A stretch of DNA of 64,000 bases from an uncultured Lachnospiraceae bacterium (lineage in GTDB: Bacteria; Bacillota; Clostridia; Lachnospirales; Lachnospiraceae): assembly GCA_947632555.1 (NCBI GenBank), contig CANRPU010000013.1, positions 21,082 through 85,081 of the forward strand, given 5' to 3'. The first letter of the stretch is position 1. Every line of letters starts with the position of its first letter. Positions 32,767 through 42,983 of this stretch are shown in pieces. Under the pieces are notes generated by a model. It had not been told where the DNA came from. It saw only the letters and a program-made list of their open reading frames with translations, and searched no databases. The position numbers were made by a program, and so were the translations under genes.

Positions 32767-33337
32767 ACCCGCACCTCCTTAATTTTTTTACCGCTTCCCT
32801 GTACCGCCACGCCACGGTTCCTAACGGCACCTGCAGCGTATCAGAAATTTCCTGAAAGGTCATCTCCGCCATGATCTTCATATGTATGACCTCCAGTTCC
32901 GGCTCCTTTAACGTCTTCAACGCCTCAGCCATGTCCAGCGCCAGGATCACCTCTTCTTCCACGCTCTTTCCGTTTTCCTTTACGGCACGTAAAATATCTC
33001 CCCGCTGTTCCCCGGAGGCGCGCTCTTCTTCTCCCCGCTCCGTATGAAAATCCACCGGCTCCTCCCTCCATTTTCTGCGCAGCAGGTCTACGGCCATATT
33101 CCGCGCGATAGCGGCCATCCAGCCTTTGTGTCCTCTGCCCGTCCGGTAGGTTCCCGCCTTTTCCCACAGGCGGATAAAGAAATCGCCGGTAATATCTTCC
33201 GCATCCTCCTTCCCGGGCAGCAGCTGTCTGACAATGCCGTAGATATAGGAGCCATATTCCTCATAGACCTCTTTGAGGCCGTTTTTATCGCCCTTTTTCA
33301 TGGCGTGTATACATTTCGCGAATTTTTCCTCTGTCAC
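32741..33337 (-). CDS. ECF-type RNA polymerase sigma factor
   Basis: Region 2 (DAEDITGDFFIRLW, WMAAIARNMAVDLLRR) and region 4 (TFQEISDTLQVPLGTV). Confidence 0.9.
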   Translation of the reverse strand: MTEEKFAKCIHAMKKGDKNGLKEVYEEYGSYIYGIVRQLLPGKEDAEDITGDFFIRLWEKAGTYRTGRGHKGWMAAIARNMAVDLLRRKWREEPVDFHTERGEEERASGEQRGDILRAVKENGKSVEEEVILALDMAEALKTLKEPELEVIHMKIMAEMTFQEISDTLQVPLGTVAWRYREAVKKLRRCGYEESGRRV

Positions 33338-33362
33338 GGCTTTCCTTTCCGCTCCTCTGTCT

Positions 33363-33391
33363 TAGATACGGTTCAATACCCTCTTTTTACG
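33363..33391 (-). promoter_or_regulatory. Candidate alternative-sigma (ECF/SigI-like) promoter upstream of the ECF gene
   Basis: The minus strand reads CGTAAAAA-N13-CGTATCTA. Confidence 0.35.
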
Positions 33392-33393
33392 GT

Positions 33394-33424
33394 AAAACCC
33401 GCCTGCTTCTCAGAAACAGGCGGG
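33394..33424 (-). terminator. Intrinsic terminator after the aldose epimerase gene
   Basis: Stem CCCGCCTG/CAGGCGGG followed by TTTT on the minus strand. Confidence 0.7.
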
Positions 33425-33438
33425 CAGCAATCCTTCGG

Positions 33439-34314
33439 CTACTCTATGGTAATGACATAGGAAGCATGGAAGCTTTCTCCGGCATTCAAGGTATTGCCCC
33501 ACTCCCGCTGGGAAAGCTCTCCCTCAAAATCCTCCCTGTCGCACCGGCCGTACCAGGGCTCGATACAGATAAAAGGCGCGTTCTTACCGGGCGGTGTCCA
33601 GAGCCCGAAAAGGGGCGCGTCAAAGCTCACGGTCAGATAGGGCTTTTTCTCTCCGTCCAGAAGCTGCACCCTTCCGGTCTGATGCTCCTCCACGATCAGC
33701 GCGTCATCCGCGAACAGCTCTTCCGTTACCGGCAGCAGTCCGCCTTTTTCCAGTTCAATATGCCGCAGCTCGTCGGTGGCAAGGCCGTTTTTCAGTCTGC
33801 GCGTGATCAGGGAATCCCTTCCCGCCAGACCGATGTAGCAGGTGTATTTTCCCTTTTCCCTGGCAGGCGCCGCGAAAGCGGGATGCCCTCCTATGGAAAA
33901 ATACATGGTTTCGCCGGCCGGGTTGGTCACTCTCCAGAGCACTCTCACGCTCCTGCCCTCCAGCCTGTAACCCGCTTCCAGCGAAAACGCGAAAGGATAT
34001 TGTTCCCAGGTGCCGTCTTTGTCTGTCAGACAGAACCAGATCTCCTTTTCCGTCTGCTCCGTTACCATAAAATCCATATCCCGGGCAAAACCGTGCTGGG
34101 GCATGCGGTAAACCTTCCCTTTATACCGGCTTTCCCCGCCGCGGTAAGCGCCTACCACAGGAAACAGCAGAGGGGATACCCTGCCCCAGTAGGCAGGATC
34201 CGCGCTCCACATATATTCCCGCCCCGTGTCCTTTGCCACCAGGCTCCTCAGCTCCGCGCCGTGGGATTCCACCCCGATGCGGATATGATCGTTTTCCAGC
34301 TGATACAGTGCCAT
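33439..34314 (-). CDS. Aldose 1-epimerase family protein (LacX-like)
   Basis: Motifs PLLFPVVG, MPQHGFARD, GGHPAF and FICIEPW. Confidence 0.88.
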   Translation of the reverse strand: MALYQLENDHIRIGVESHGAELRSLVAKDTGREYMWSADPAYWGRVSPLLFPVVGAYRGGESRYKGKVYRMPQHGFARDMDFMVTEQTEKEIWFCLTDKDGTWEQYPFAFSLEAGYRLEGRSVRVLWRVTNPAGETMYFSIGGHPAFAAPAREKGKYTCYIGLAGRDSLITRRLKNGLATDELRHIELEKGGLLPVTEELFADDALIVEEHQTGRVQLLDGEKKPYLTVSFDAPLFGLWTPPGKNAPFICIEPWYGRCDREDFEGELSQREWGNTLNAGESFHASYVITIE

Positions 34315-34323
34315 AATTCCTCC

Positions 34324-35268
34324 TTATACCGTAGATAAGATCAGCTCCATCCTGCCGGCAAACACGGCTCTGCCGTAACCGGCGGGCAGGATGAAATGAT
34401 CCCCTTTCTTTACGGAAACGCCGTCCACGCTGCCGCTGCCGTCCAGTACGCTGGCCAGCAGGAAAGGATATTTCTGCTCCGTTACCGCCTCATCCGTCAC
34501 CTGCAGCTTCCAGACCGTGTAGTGATCACAGGAGATCAGTTTGTTCATGGTGTTCTCCGGAAGTCCGTCCGTATGGCTCAGGGCCTCCTCTCCCGCCCTG
34601 TCCGGCACGGTGATCACATCGATGCTCTGCTGCACATGCAGCGGTCTTTCCTTGCCGTTTACCAGCCTGCCGTAATCGTACACCCGATAAGTAATGTCGC
34701 TGCTCTGCTGGGTTTCCAGAATCGTAAAGCCGCCTTTGATGGCATGCACGGTTCCCGGCGTGATCTGCAGAAAATCTCCTTTGCGCACGGGCACGTTCTT
34801 GATCAGTTCCTCATACCGCCCTTCATGGATCATATCCGCCAGTTCCTCCCTGGTCCGGGCGTTGTGGCCGATGACCAGTTCCGCGTTGGGGGGACAGTCC
34901 ATCACGTACCAGCATTCCGTCTTGCCGTAGGGGCAGTTTTCATGCTCCTTCACATACTTGTCATCGGGATGTACCTGAATGCTCAGATCCTGTTTCGCGT
35001 CGATGATCTTTACCAGCAGAGGAAACTCTTCCGCCGCGATACCGCCGAACACTTCCCTGTGCTCCCTGTAGAGCGCGGACAGGCTCATGCCCTTAAAGCG
35101 GCCGTTTATGATCTCATCGTCCCCGTTGGGATGAGCGCTGATCCCCCAGCACTCTCCCGTACTGCCGCCGGCTCCCTCGTAGCCGAATTCATCCCGCAGT
35201 TTACTGCCGCCCCATACCACGTCCTTCAGCTGGGGTTTTAAAAAAATAATCTCTCTGTCCTGTTCCAT
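34324..35268 (-). CDS. manA: Mannose-6-phosphate isomerase, class I
   Basis: Motifs VWGG, GECW, LLVKIIDA..DLSIQVHP, KTECWY, GTVHAI and ETQQSSDITYR. Confidence 0.9.
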   Translation of the reverse strand: MEQDREIIFLKPQLKDVVWGGSKLRDEFGYEGAGGSTGECWGISAHPNGDDEIINGRFKGMSLSALYREHREVFGGIAAEEFPLLVKIIDAKQDLSIQVHPDDKYVKEHENCPYGKTECWYVMDCPPNAELVIGHNARTREELADMIHEGRYEELIKNVPVRKGDFLQITPGTVHAIKGGFTILETQQSSDITYRVYDYGRLVNGKERPLHVQQSIDVITVPDRAGEEALSHTDGLPENTMNKLISCDHYTVWKLQVTDEAVTEQKYPFLLASVLDGSGSVDGVSVKKGDHFILPAGYGRAVFAGRMELILSTV

Positions 35269-35344
35269 ATTCCCTCTCTTCTGCCGCCCGCGCGGCGTTT
35301 GCTCTGACTCTATGATATCTGTGATAACGTTTCCCGGACCCCTG

Positions 35345-37534
35345 TCACGCTTCCGTCACGTGGATCAGCCTGCTCCTGAAATCTCCCCACATGTTTTCCA
35401 CCAGAATACCCGCCTGCATCAGGGTACTGCCCAGACGGGCGCGCTCACAGCCGTCCACCCGGTACCGTTTATCGGGATCCAGCCCCTTTAAAAGGATCCG
35501 CCTGGAATGCACGTTGGGTCTGCCCAGCACCTGAACGAAGGTGACCAGCGCCTCGCTCTTGTCTTTTTTTACCACCATATAGCAGTCGTACATATGATTT
35601 TCCCGGTAAGAGGCAACGCGGTAATAATCTCCCATGCGCACCAGCTCGTTGTATTTGTGGTACATTTCCACCTGAGCGGGGATCAGCTTTCTGTCCTCCT
35701 CGGAAATTTTCGTCACATCCAGCTCATAGCCGAACGTACCCGCCAGGGCCACATGCCCTCTGGTTTCAAAAGGCGTCACCCTGCCTGTGGCATGATTGGG
35801 ACAGTCGCTCACATGGGCTCCCATGGCGGCAAGCGGATAGATCAGCGCGGTCCCTTCCTGGATCATCAGACGCTCAATGGCATCCGTATCGTCCGAGCAC
35901 CATATCTGCGGGCTGTAGTAGAGCATCCCGGCGTCAAATCTGGCGCCGCCCCCGGAACAGTTTTCCAGAAGCAGATGGGGAAAATCCGTTATCAGCCTCT
36001 CCTGCAGTCTGTACAGGCCCAGCACATAGCGGTGGAACAACTCTCCCTGGCGCTCCGGCGAAAGCGCTATGCTGCCGATATCGGACAGCGGCCTGTTCAT
36101 ATCCCACTTCACATACTCAATATTGGCGCTGCGCAGTACCGCCGCCATTTTTTCATAAACGTAGTCCTGGATCTCTTCCCTGGACATATCCAGCACCAGC
36201 TGGTTGCGGGCCAGTCCCGGCTCCCTTCCGGGTATGCTTATGGCCCAGTCGGGATGCGCGCGGTAAAGATCGGAATCCGGACTGATCATTTCCGGCTCGA
36301 ACCAGATACCGAATTTCATGCCCAGCTTGTTGACCTCGTCCACCAGGTACTTCAGTCCGCCTTTTATCTTTTCCTCGTTGACTTCCCAGTCCCCCAGCGC
36401 CCTGTTATCGTCGCAGCGGTTTCCGAACCAGCCGTCATCCATGACCAGCATTTCGATCCCCAGCCCGGAGGCCTCCCTGGCAATAGCCAGCAGTTTCTCC
36501 GTATTGAAATCAAAATAGGTGGCCTCCCAGTTGTTGATCAGAATGGGACGCTTGTTACAGCGGTATTCCCCTCTTATCAGATGCTCCCTGTACAGGTCGT
36601 GGAAGGCGCGGCTCATACCGCCTAAGCCCTCCGCGGAGTACACCAGCACCGCTTCCGGGCTCTGAAACTCCGCGCCGGGCTCTAACTTCCAGCCAAATCC
36701 CGCGGGATTGATACCGCTCATAAAACGCACGTTGTCAAACTGCCCCTTGTCCGCCAGCGTGATACAGTTGCCGGAATAGAGCAGATTCATGCCGTATACC
36801 TCTCCTCTGTCCTGATCCGCGTTTTTCTCAAGCAGGGCCATAAAGGGCTGCTGCTGATGCCCGCTCTCCCCCCGCAGGGAAGCGGTGCTCTGTACCCCGT
36901 AGCTCAACGGCGTCCTGTCGATATGGCGTTCCCTCGCCCAGGAACCGTGCAGCACGATCTTGTCATAGTCCCTGTCATCCATGTCAATGGAAGCGGACAT
37001 GACCTTCTCCAGCATCACAGGCCCGGTCCCGTTGTTGACGATCCTGACACTCCTGGCCACCGCGTCGATACCTGCAAATACGGAATAACTCAGTACCGCC
37101 TGTATCCCAAGGCTCTTATCCTCCAAAACCAGTTCCAGGGTGCGGCAGTCCTCTTCGCTCCCCCAGGTAGCCGGCAGTCCCTTCAGAGCCTTCTTCCCGT
37201 TGTAAATATGATAGTCCGCGAGCGTCAGCTGCAGCGCTCTGTGCCCGCCTTCGTCCTTCACCTCAATGGCGCTCTCCCTGAAATCCCCGATCCCCCCCGT
37301 AGGATATTCCATGGGAAAACAGTCCAGAAAAGAAAGCCTGTCCCTGCTGTTTGTTTCGGGAGTAAAGGGCGCCTCTCCCGTCCTGAGCAGATATCCCGCA
37401 TCGTCCTCTAACAGCCTGCCGCCAAAATACGCGTGCCCCACAAACCGCTCCGTATCCACAATACCGATCACATAGGAAGTATGCTCCGTATCCAGTTTAA
37501 AGCATCCTGTCTTCTCATTGTAAGTAATGTTCAT
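35345..37534 (-). CDS. Alpha-galactosidase (GH36)
   Basis: Motifs NNWEATYF, VMDDGWFG, FGIWFEPEM, KWDMNR, ENCSGGG and WCSDDTD. Confidence 0.93.
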   Translation of the reverse strand: MNITYNEKTGCFKLDTEHTSYVIGIVDTERFVGHAYFGGRLLEDDAGYLLRTGEAPFTPETNSRDRLSFLDCFPMEYPTGGIGDFRESAIEVKDEGGHRALQLTLADYHIYNGKKALKGLPATWGSEEDCRTLELVLEDKSLGIQAVLSYSVFAGIDAVARSVRIVNNGTGPVMLEKVMSASIDMDDRDYDKIVLHGSWARERHIDRTPLSYGVQSTASLRGESGHQQQPFMALLEKNADQDRGEVYGMNLLYSGNCITLADKGQFDNVRFMSGINPAGFGWKLEPGAEFQSPEAVLVYSAEGLGGMSRAFHDLYREHLIRGEYRCNKRPILINNWEATYFDFNTEKLLAIAREASGLGIEMLVMDDGWFGNRCDDNRALGDWEVNEEKIKGGLKYLVDEVNKLGMKFGIWFEPEMISPDSDLYRAHPDWAISIPGREPGLARNQLVLDMSREEIQDYVYEKMAAVLRSANIEYVKWDMNRPLSDIGSIALSPERQGELFHRYVLGLYRLQERLITDFPHLLLENCSGGGARFDAGMLYYSPQIWCSDDTDAIERLMIQEGTALIYPLAAMGAHVSDCPNHATGRVTPFETRGHVALAGTFGYELDVTKISEEDRKLIPAQVEMYHKYNELVRMGDYYRVASYRENHMYDCYMVVKKDKSEALVTFVQVLGRPNVHSRRILLKGLDPDKRYRVDGCERARLGSTLMQAGILVENMWGDFRSRLIHVTEA

Positions 37535-37601
37535 AATCATCCTCCGCGCCAAAAATTTGTCGATGAAAACAGCCGGGGAAACATGCTCCCCATACCTCTT
37601 T

Positions 37602-37630
37602 ATTGTAACAGAACGGCGCCAATATATCTA
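37602..37630 (-). promoter_or_regulatory. Promoter for the GH36 gene
   Basis: TAGATA-N17-TACAAT with an extended TG. Confidence 0.55.
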
Positions 37631-37647
37631 CAAAAAAATGCGGTTCT

Positions 37648-39417
37648 TCACTCGCTCAGAACAAACTGGCTGTTATAGAGTTCCGCGTAAAAGCCGTTTT
37701 CCGCAAGCAGTGCGTCATGGCTGCCCTGCTCCACGATATGCCCGTCCCGCATGACCAGAATGATATCCGAGTCCATGATCGTGGAAAGCCTGTGGGCGAT
37801 CACGAAGCTGGTGCGCCCCTTCATCATGCCGGCAAAGGCTTTCTGGATCCGCATTTCCGTGCGGGTGTCAATGGAAGACGTGGCCTCATCCAGGATCAGC
37901 ATGGGCGGCAGACAGAGCATTACCCTGGTGATGCACAGAAGCTGTTTCTGCCCCTGGGAGAGGCCCTCCCCGTCCTCGGAAAGCACCGTATCATAACCGT
38001 CTGGCAGACGTTTGATAAAGCTGTGGGAATGGGCCGCTTTTGCCGCCGCGACCATCTCCTCCTCCGTGGCATCCGGTTTCCCCATCAGGATATTTTCCCG
38101 CACCGTGCCGGCCTTGAGCCAGGTTTCCTGCAGCACCATGCCGTAATTCTCCCGCAGGCTCTTTCTGGTGAGGCGCCGTATATCCGTACCGTCCACCGAG
38201 ATACTTCCTTTATCCACGTCGTAAAAGCGCATGAGCAGATTGATCAGGGTAGTCTTCCCGCAGCCGGTGGGCCCCACGATGGCCACCCGCTTTCCGGGCT
38301 CCACAAACAGGTTCAGATCCTCTATGAGCTTTTTCTCCGGCACGTAGGAAAAGGCCACGTCCTTTAATACCACCTCGCCCCGCGCGTTCTCCAGCACTTT
38401 GGCATCCTCCGGTTCCGGCGTCTGCGGCTCCTCCTCTATCAGGGCGAAGAGCCGCGCCGCGCAGGCCAGCGCGTTCTGAAACTCCGTAAACACGCCGGAA
38501 ATCTCGTTAAAGGGTTTGGTATACTGATTGGCGTAGCTTAAAAAACAGGTCAGGGTACCCACGGTCAGCCGCCCCGCGATGGCGGACAGGGCTCCGGTGA
38601 TACAGACGCCGATATAGACCAGACTGTTGACAAAACGGGTGCAGGGATTGGTCAGCGAGGAGAAAAAAGTAGCTTTCAGAGAGTATTTTCCCAGCTTTTC
38701 ATTTATCACGTCAAATCTCTCCAGCGCCTTTTCCTCATAGGAAAAAGCCTGCACCACTTTCTGGTTTCCTATCATCTCATCTATCAGAGCCGTCTGCTCT
38801 CCCCGCGTTTCCGACTGGAGTTTAAACATCCTGTAGGTGCCGCGGGCGATAAAAGCCGCCACGAACAGGCTGACCGGCGTAATACATACCACCACCAGAG
38901 TGATGCCCACGTTCTCCGCGAGCATAAACAGCAGCGTGCCGAAAATCGTAAGGACCCCGGTAAAGAGCTGGGTAAAACCCATGAGCAGGCCGTCCGAAAA
39001 CTGATCCGCGTCCGCGATGATCCTGCTGACCAGTTCCCCATAAGGATGCGCATCCAGATATTTCAGCGGCAGCACCTGTATTTTTTCAAAGGCGTCCCGC
39101 CGGATATCCTGTACCACATGATAGGCGATCCGGTTATTGCAGACGCTCATCACCCACTGGGCCAGAGCGGTGGCACCCGCCACAACCGCCATCACGCGCA
39201 GGATCGAGGCAATGGCCGTAAGATCCACCTTTCCCGCTTCCACAATGCAGTCAATGGCATTTCCCGTCAGAATGGGGATATAGAGCGTAAGGACCACCGT
39301 GGCAGCCGCGCAGACTATGGAACAGATCAAAAAGAACCGGTACCTGCCCACGTAACGCAGTACTTTTTTCATCACCGCGTACTGCCCGCCGGCAGTTTTC
39401 TTTCCGCCTTTGCTCAT
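37648..39417 (-). CDS. ABC exporter, fused TMD-NBD subunit (heterodimer partner)
   Basis: Six-TM domain, Walker A GPTGCGKT, LSQGQ signature and ILDEATS. Confidence 0.9.
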   Translation of the reverse strand: MSKGGKKTAGGQYAVMKKVLRYVGRYRFFLICSIVCAAATVVLTLYIPILTGNAIDCIVEAGKVDLTAIASILRVMAVVAGATALAQWVMSVCNNRIAYHVVQDIRRDAFEKIQVLPLKYLDAHPYGELVSRIIADADQFSDGLLMGFTQLFTGVLTIFGTLLFMLAENVGITLVVVCITPVSLFVAAFIARGTYRMFKLQSETRGEQTALIDEMIGNQKVVQAFSYEEKALERFDVINEKLGKYSLKATFFSSLTNPCTRFVNSLVYIGVCITGALSAIAGRLTVGTLTCFLSYANQYTKPFNEISGVFTEFQNALACAARLFALIEEEPQTPEPEDAKVLENARGEVVLKDVAFSYVPEKKLIEDLNLFVEPGKRVAIVGPTGCGKTTLINLLMRFYDVDKGSISVDGTDIRRLTRKSLRENYGMVLQETWLKAGTVRENILMGKPDATEEEMVAAAKAAHSHSFIKRLPDGYDTVLSEDGEGLSQGQKQLLCITRVMLCLPPMLILDEATSSIDTRTEMRIQKAFAGMMKGRTSFVIAHRLSTIMDSDIILVMRDGHIVEQGSHDALLAENGFYAELYNSQFVLSE

Positions 39418-41201
39418 CTTGTTCGCGCCTCCTTTCCCCCGTCCGCGTACTGGAACGAATAAATTTCCCGATAGATCCCGCATTCCCGCAGCAGTTCCTG
39501 ATGGGTGCCCATGCCGGCCACTTTTCCGTCATCCAGCACCAGGATCAGATCCGCGTGAAGAATGGAAGAGGCTCTCTGGGAAACGATAAAGACCGTGGGC
39601 GCGTCTTCCATGGAGCGAAGGGCCCTGCGAAGCTTTAAGTCCGTGGCGTAATCCAGCGCGGAGGCCGAATCGTCCAGGATCAGTATCCGGGGACTGCCCG
39701 CCAGCGCTCTGGCTATGGTAAGACGCTGCCTCTGCCCGCCGGAAAGATTCCGGCCGTTCTGGCTTATCATGGTTTCCAGCCCCTCCGGCTTTTCGTCCAC
39801 AAATTCCCGCGACTGCGAGATCTCCAGCGCCTTCCGCAGAGTTTCCTCCTCTATGCCCGTTCTGCCCATAAGCAGATTCTCCCGGATAGTGCCTTTAAAC
39901 AGCACCGCCTTCTGGGGTACCACGCCGATCCCGGCGCGCAGCGCGCGTAAATCCTGCTCCTGCACCGGAATGCCGTTGACACGTACGCTGCCGGCGGTAG
40001 CTTCATAAAAACGGGGGATCAGATTGACCAGAGAAGTCTTCCCGGAACCGGTACCGCCGATGATCCCTACAGTCTGTCCCTTCATGACCTTAAAATCAAT
40101 ATCCGTCAGGCTTTCCGCTCCCGCGCCGGGATAGGTCAGGCTCACATGGGAAAACTCTACCGCGGGAACGGGCATTTCCTTCGTCCCCGAAGCGGAGGCT
40201 GCCGTCCGCGGTCCCGTCAGCCCGGTCCCCCCGCGGGAAGCATCCGGCCCGTCGTTGTCCGCGGGCCGTTCCAGCACATTTTCAATCCGATGCCCGCAGG
40301 CCAGCGCCTTGTTGACGGTTATGATCAGATTGGCCAGCTTTACCAGTTCCACCAGGATCTGGGACATGTAATTGACCAGCGCCATGACCGCGCCCTGGGT
40401 CAGGATCCCTCCCTCTACCCGGAGAGCTCCCGTCCACAAGAGCCAGATGGTGCCGCCGTTGATGATCACGTAGGTAGCGGGATTCATCACCGCGGAAAGC
40501 CTGCCTACAAACATCTGCAGTTCTGTCAGGGCGCCGCTGGCTTTTTCAAATTCCCGGATCTCCTCTTCTTCCTTGTGAAAAGCCCTCAGCACTCTGACGC
40601 CCGTCAGACTGCCTCTGGCAATGCCCAGGATCTTATCCAGTCTTTCCTGCACTTTTTTATAGAGGGGGATGGTAAGCAGCATAATGCCGAAGACCGCCAG
40701 GGAGAGCAGAGGGATCACTACCGTGAAAATAAGAGCCGCCTTTACATCAATGGTAAAGGCCATGACCATAGCGCCGAATACGATAAAAGGTGAACGCAAA
40801 AACAGGCGCAGAACCATATTGACACCGTTCTGCACCTGATTGACATCGCTTGTCATACGGGTGATCATGGTAGACGTACCCATATGGTCCGCCTGCGCGT
40901 AGGAAAACCGCTGCAGATGGGAAAAAAGGGCGTGGCGCAGCTTCGTGGCGAAGCCCACGGCCGCTTTGGCGGAAAAATACTGAGCGGTAACGGAACAGGC
41001 AAGTCCTACCGCTCCCAGCAAGATCATTACCAGGCACATACGCCACACATAGGATCGGTTTCCACTGGCGATACCTATATCCACGATCCGCTTTACCACC
41101 AGGGGAACCAGCAGTTCAAAAGACGCCTCCAGCATTTTAAACAGAGGCGCCAATACCGTTTCTTTTTTATATGCTTTCAGATATACCCATAATCGTTTCA
41201 T
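39414..41201 (-). CDS. ABC exporter, fused TMD-NBD subunit with a degenerate site
   Basis: Walker A GGTGSGKT, LSGGQ and Walker B ILDDSAS (D in place of the catalytic E), typical of heterodimeric exporters. Confidence 0.9.
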   Translation of the reverse strand: MKRLWVYLKAYKKETVLAPLFKMLEASFELLVPLVVKRIVDIGIASGNRSYVWRMCLVMILLGAVGLACSVTAQYFSAKAAVGFATKLRHALFSHLQRFSYAQADHMGTSTMITRMTSDVNQVQNGVNMVLRLFLRSPFIVFGAMVMAFTIDVKAALIFTVVIPLLSLAVFGIMLLTIPLYKKVQERLDKILGIARGSLTGVRVLRAFHKEEEEIREFEKASGALTELQMFVGRLSAVMNPATYVIINGGTIWLLWTGALRVEGGILTQGAVMALVNYMSQILVELVKLANLIITVNKALACGHRIENVLERPADNDGPDASRGGTGLTGPRTAASASGTKEMPVPAVEFSHVSLTYPGAGAESLTDIDFKVMKGQTVGIIGGTGSGKTSLVNLIPRFYEATAGSVRVNGIPVQEQDLRALRAGIGVVPQKAVLFKGTIRENLLMGRTGIEEETLRKALEISQSREFVDEKPEGLETMISQNGRNLSGGQRQRLTIARALAGSPRILILDDSASALDYATDLKLRRALRSMEDAPTVFIVSQRASSILHADLILVLDDGKVAGMGTHQELLRECGIYREIYSFQYADGGKEARTR

Positions 41202-41239
41202 TTACTGTCCCTCTCACAGGCTTCTATCATAGCATATTT

Positions 41240-41261
41240 TATCCCGTTTGCAAACGGGATA
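41240..41261. promoter_or_regulatory. Perfect 22-bp palindrome overlapping the -35 of the ABC exporter promoter
   Basis: TATCCCGTTTGCAAACGGGATA. The minus-strand promoter TTGCAA-N16-TATGAT spans 41226-41253. Confidence 0.55.
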
Positions 41262-41263
41262 TT

Positions 41264-41935
41264 TCAGATTTTCTCACTCTTTACGGCGCCGTCCGCCAGC
41301 TCGATCACCCTGGGCATGCTCCCGGCGATCCCCGCGTCGTGGGTAACAATAATGACCGCCGTCTTAAACTCTTCGTTGATACGCGTCAGCAGTTCGATCA
41401 CTTCGCCTCCGGATCTGGCATCCAGATTACCGGTGGGTTCATCGCAGAGCAGCGCCTTGGGACGGTTCATCATAGCTCTGGCAATCGCGAAACGCTGCTG
41501 CTGCCCGCCGCTCATCTGACCTGGCAGGTGTTTTAACCTGTCTTCGATCCCCAGCGTTTTCACAATCTCATGAAACCAGTCTTTGTCCGGCTTTCTGTTG
41601 TCCAGTCTGCAGGGCAGGATAATATTTTCCTCTCCCGTCATATCCGGGATCAGGTGAAAGCTCTGAAAGATCACGCTCACATGATTTCTCCGGTACGCCG
41701 CCAGTTCTTTTTCTTTCAAGCGGTATAGATCCTGGTCCTGAAACCAGACCTTTCCTTCCTCCGGAACCAGCAGCCCGCCCAGCAGATGCAGCAGCGTAGT
41801 CTTGCCGCTGCCGGATTTGCCGGTAATGGCCGTCCTTTCCCCTTCCTCAAATTCCAGGGAAATGTCCTTGACCGCGAATACCGTATTTTCCTTATTGCCG
41901 TATTTCTTTGTCACATGCTCCGTTTTCAGCAGCAT
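41264..41935 (-). CDS. ABC ATP-binding protein (LolD/MacB/FtsE-like)
   Basis: Motifs GKSGSGKT, IFQSFHL, MSGGQQQR and CDEPTGNLD. Confidence 0.92.
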   Translation of the reverse strand: MLLKTEHVTKKYGNKENTVFAVKDISLEFEEGERTAITGKSGSGKTTLLHLLGGLLVPEEGKVWFQDQDLYRLKEKELAAYRRNHVSVIFQSFHLIPDMTGEENIILPCRLDNRKPDKDWFHEIVKTLGIEDRLKHLPGQMSGGQQQRFAIARAMMNRPKALLCDEPTGNLDARSGGEVIELLTRINEEFKTAVIIVTHDAGIAGSMPRVIELADGAVKSEKI

Positions 41936-41981
41936 TTTCTGTCCCCCTCTCCTACCACTTTGTTTTTGATTCCGGAGCGTT

Positions 41982-42983
41982 TCACTCCGTTCCCAACTCT
42001 TCCGGGATATCTCTACGTAAAAGCGCCGTCAGGCGTTTTACCGCGAAAAGCAGCAGCGCCGCCGCTATCAGCGCGGTGACCCCGATCAGGAACCGGTGCA
42101 AAGGATAACGCCAGAAATACTGTATGGGGAAATGCCAGTACCATTCGGGAGGATACTGTCCGTTCGCATTCAGCAAATGGGTTTCCTCTATCAAATACTG
42201 GGCATACCAGGCGATCCCCGTATAACCGTAGAGCAAAAGGGCGCCGATCCCGCCGGCAAGCAGCGGATAACACAGCAGCCGTTTCAGGATCATACCCCGT
42301 ATCCGGCCGGCCGAACCTCCTGCCGCCCTTACAATGGCTGTTTTTTTCCGTCCGTTATAGAGCATGACCGTTATCAGGTTGCAGATGCTGACGCTCCCGA
42401 TGAGGAGCAGCAGTATAAACAGACTGTAAAATATCATCATGGAAGAACGGGAAACCGCACCCATATCCCGCTTTATATCCCCCAGGCAGTATCCGTTCAT
42501 CAGATCGGAAGCGGCCAGCAGAGAATACCATTTGCCCTCAAATGCTGCCCTGTCCCCATCCTTTTTCAGATTGACGTAAAAATTGGTGTAATTGTGGTCC
42601 GGCAGACCGAAAGCTTCCAGCGCGCTGAGCGTACTCGCGATCCGCACGCCGCTGTCCGGTACAGGCAGAGAGGAATAAAATATCTTCTGCCCTGCTTCGT
42701 CCGGCACCGCGATGGCGCCCACGCGGGACGGAAAGTCCTTTCGGCTCCCGAATTCATATATCGGCTCCGTTCCCTGATAAAAGGCGGGCAGCGCTCCTTC
42801 CGGCACTATCCCTGCCTGAAAGTCGGTATCTTCATCAATCTCCTTGTCGTATACCACATCAGCCAGAGGCAGCATCTCCCCCACAGTGAAGTAATCGCAT
42901 ACCGCCTCCTCCTTCGCCAGCAGGATCACTTCCTCACCGGATGCCAGTTTATCCGGATGGATCTCCCCCCGGACCACATAGGG
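41982..42983. repeat. Direct repeat block 1, copy A (partner 45515-46516)
   Basis: Appears nucleotide-identical at offset 3533. The encoded protein and the alternative-frame ORFs match in both copies, and the first mismatch is at 42984/46517. Confidence 0.9.

Noticed and set aside
35322-35335. cre/LacI site upstream of manA (TGATAACGTTTCCC)
   Set aside because: Only a partial match to the consensus, and I could not place a clear promoter next to it.
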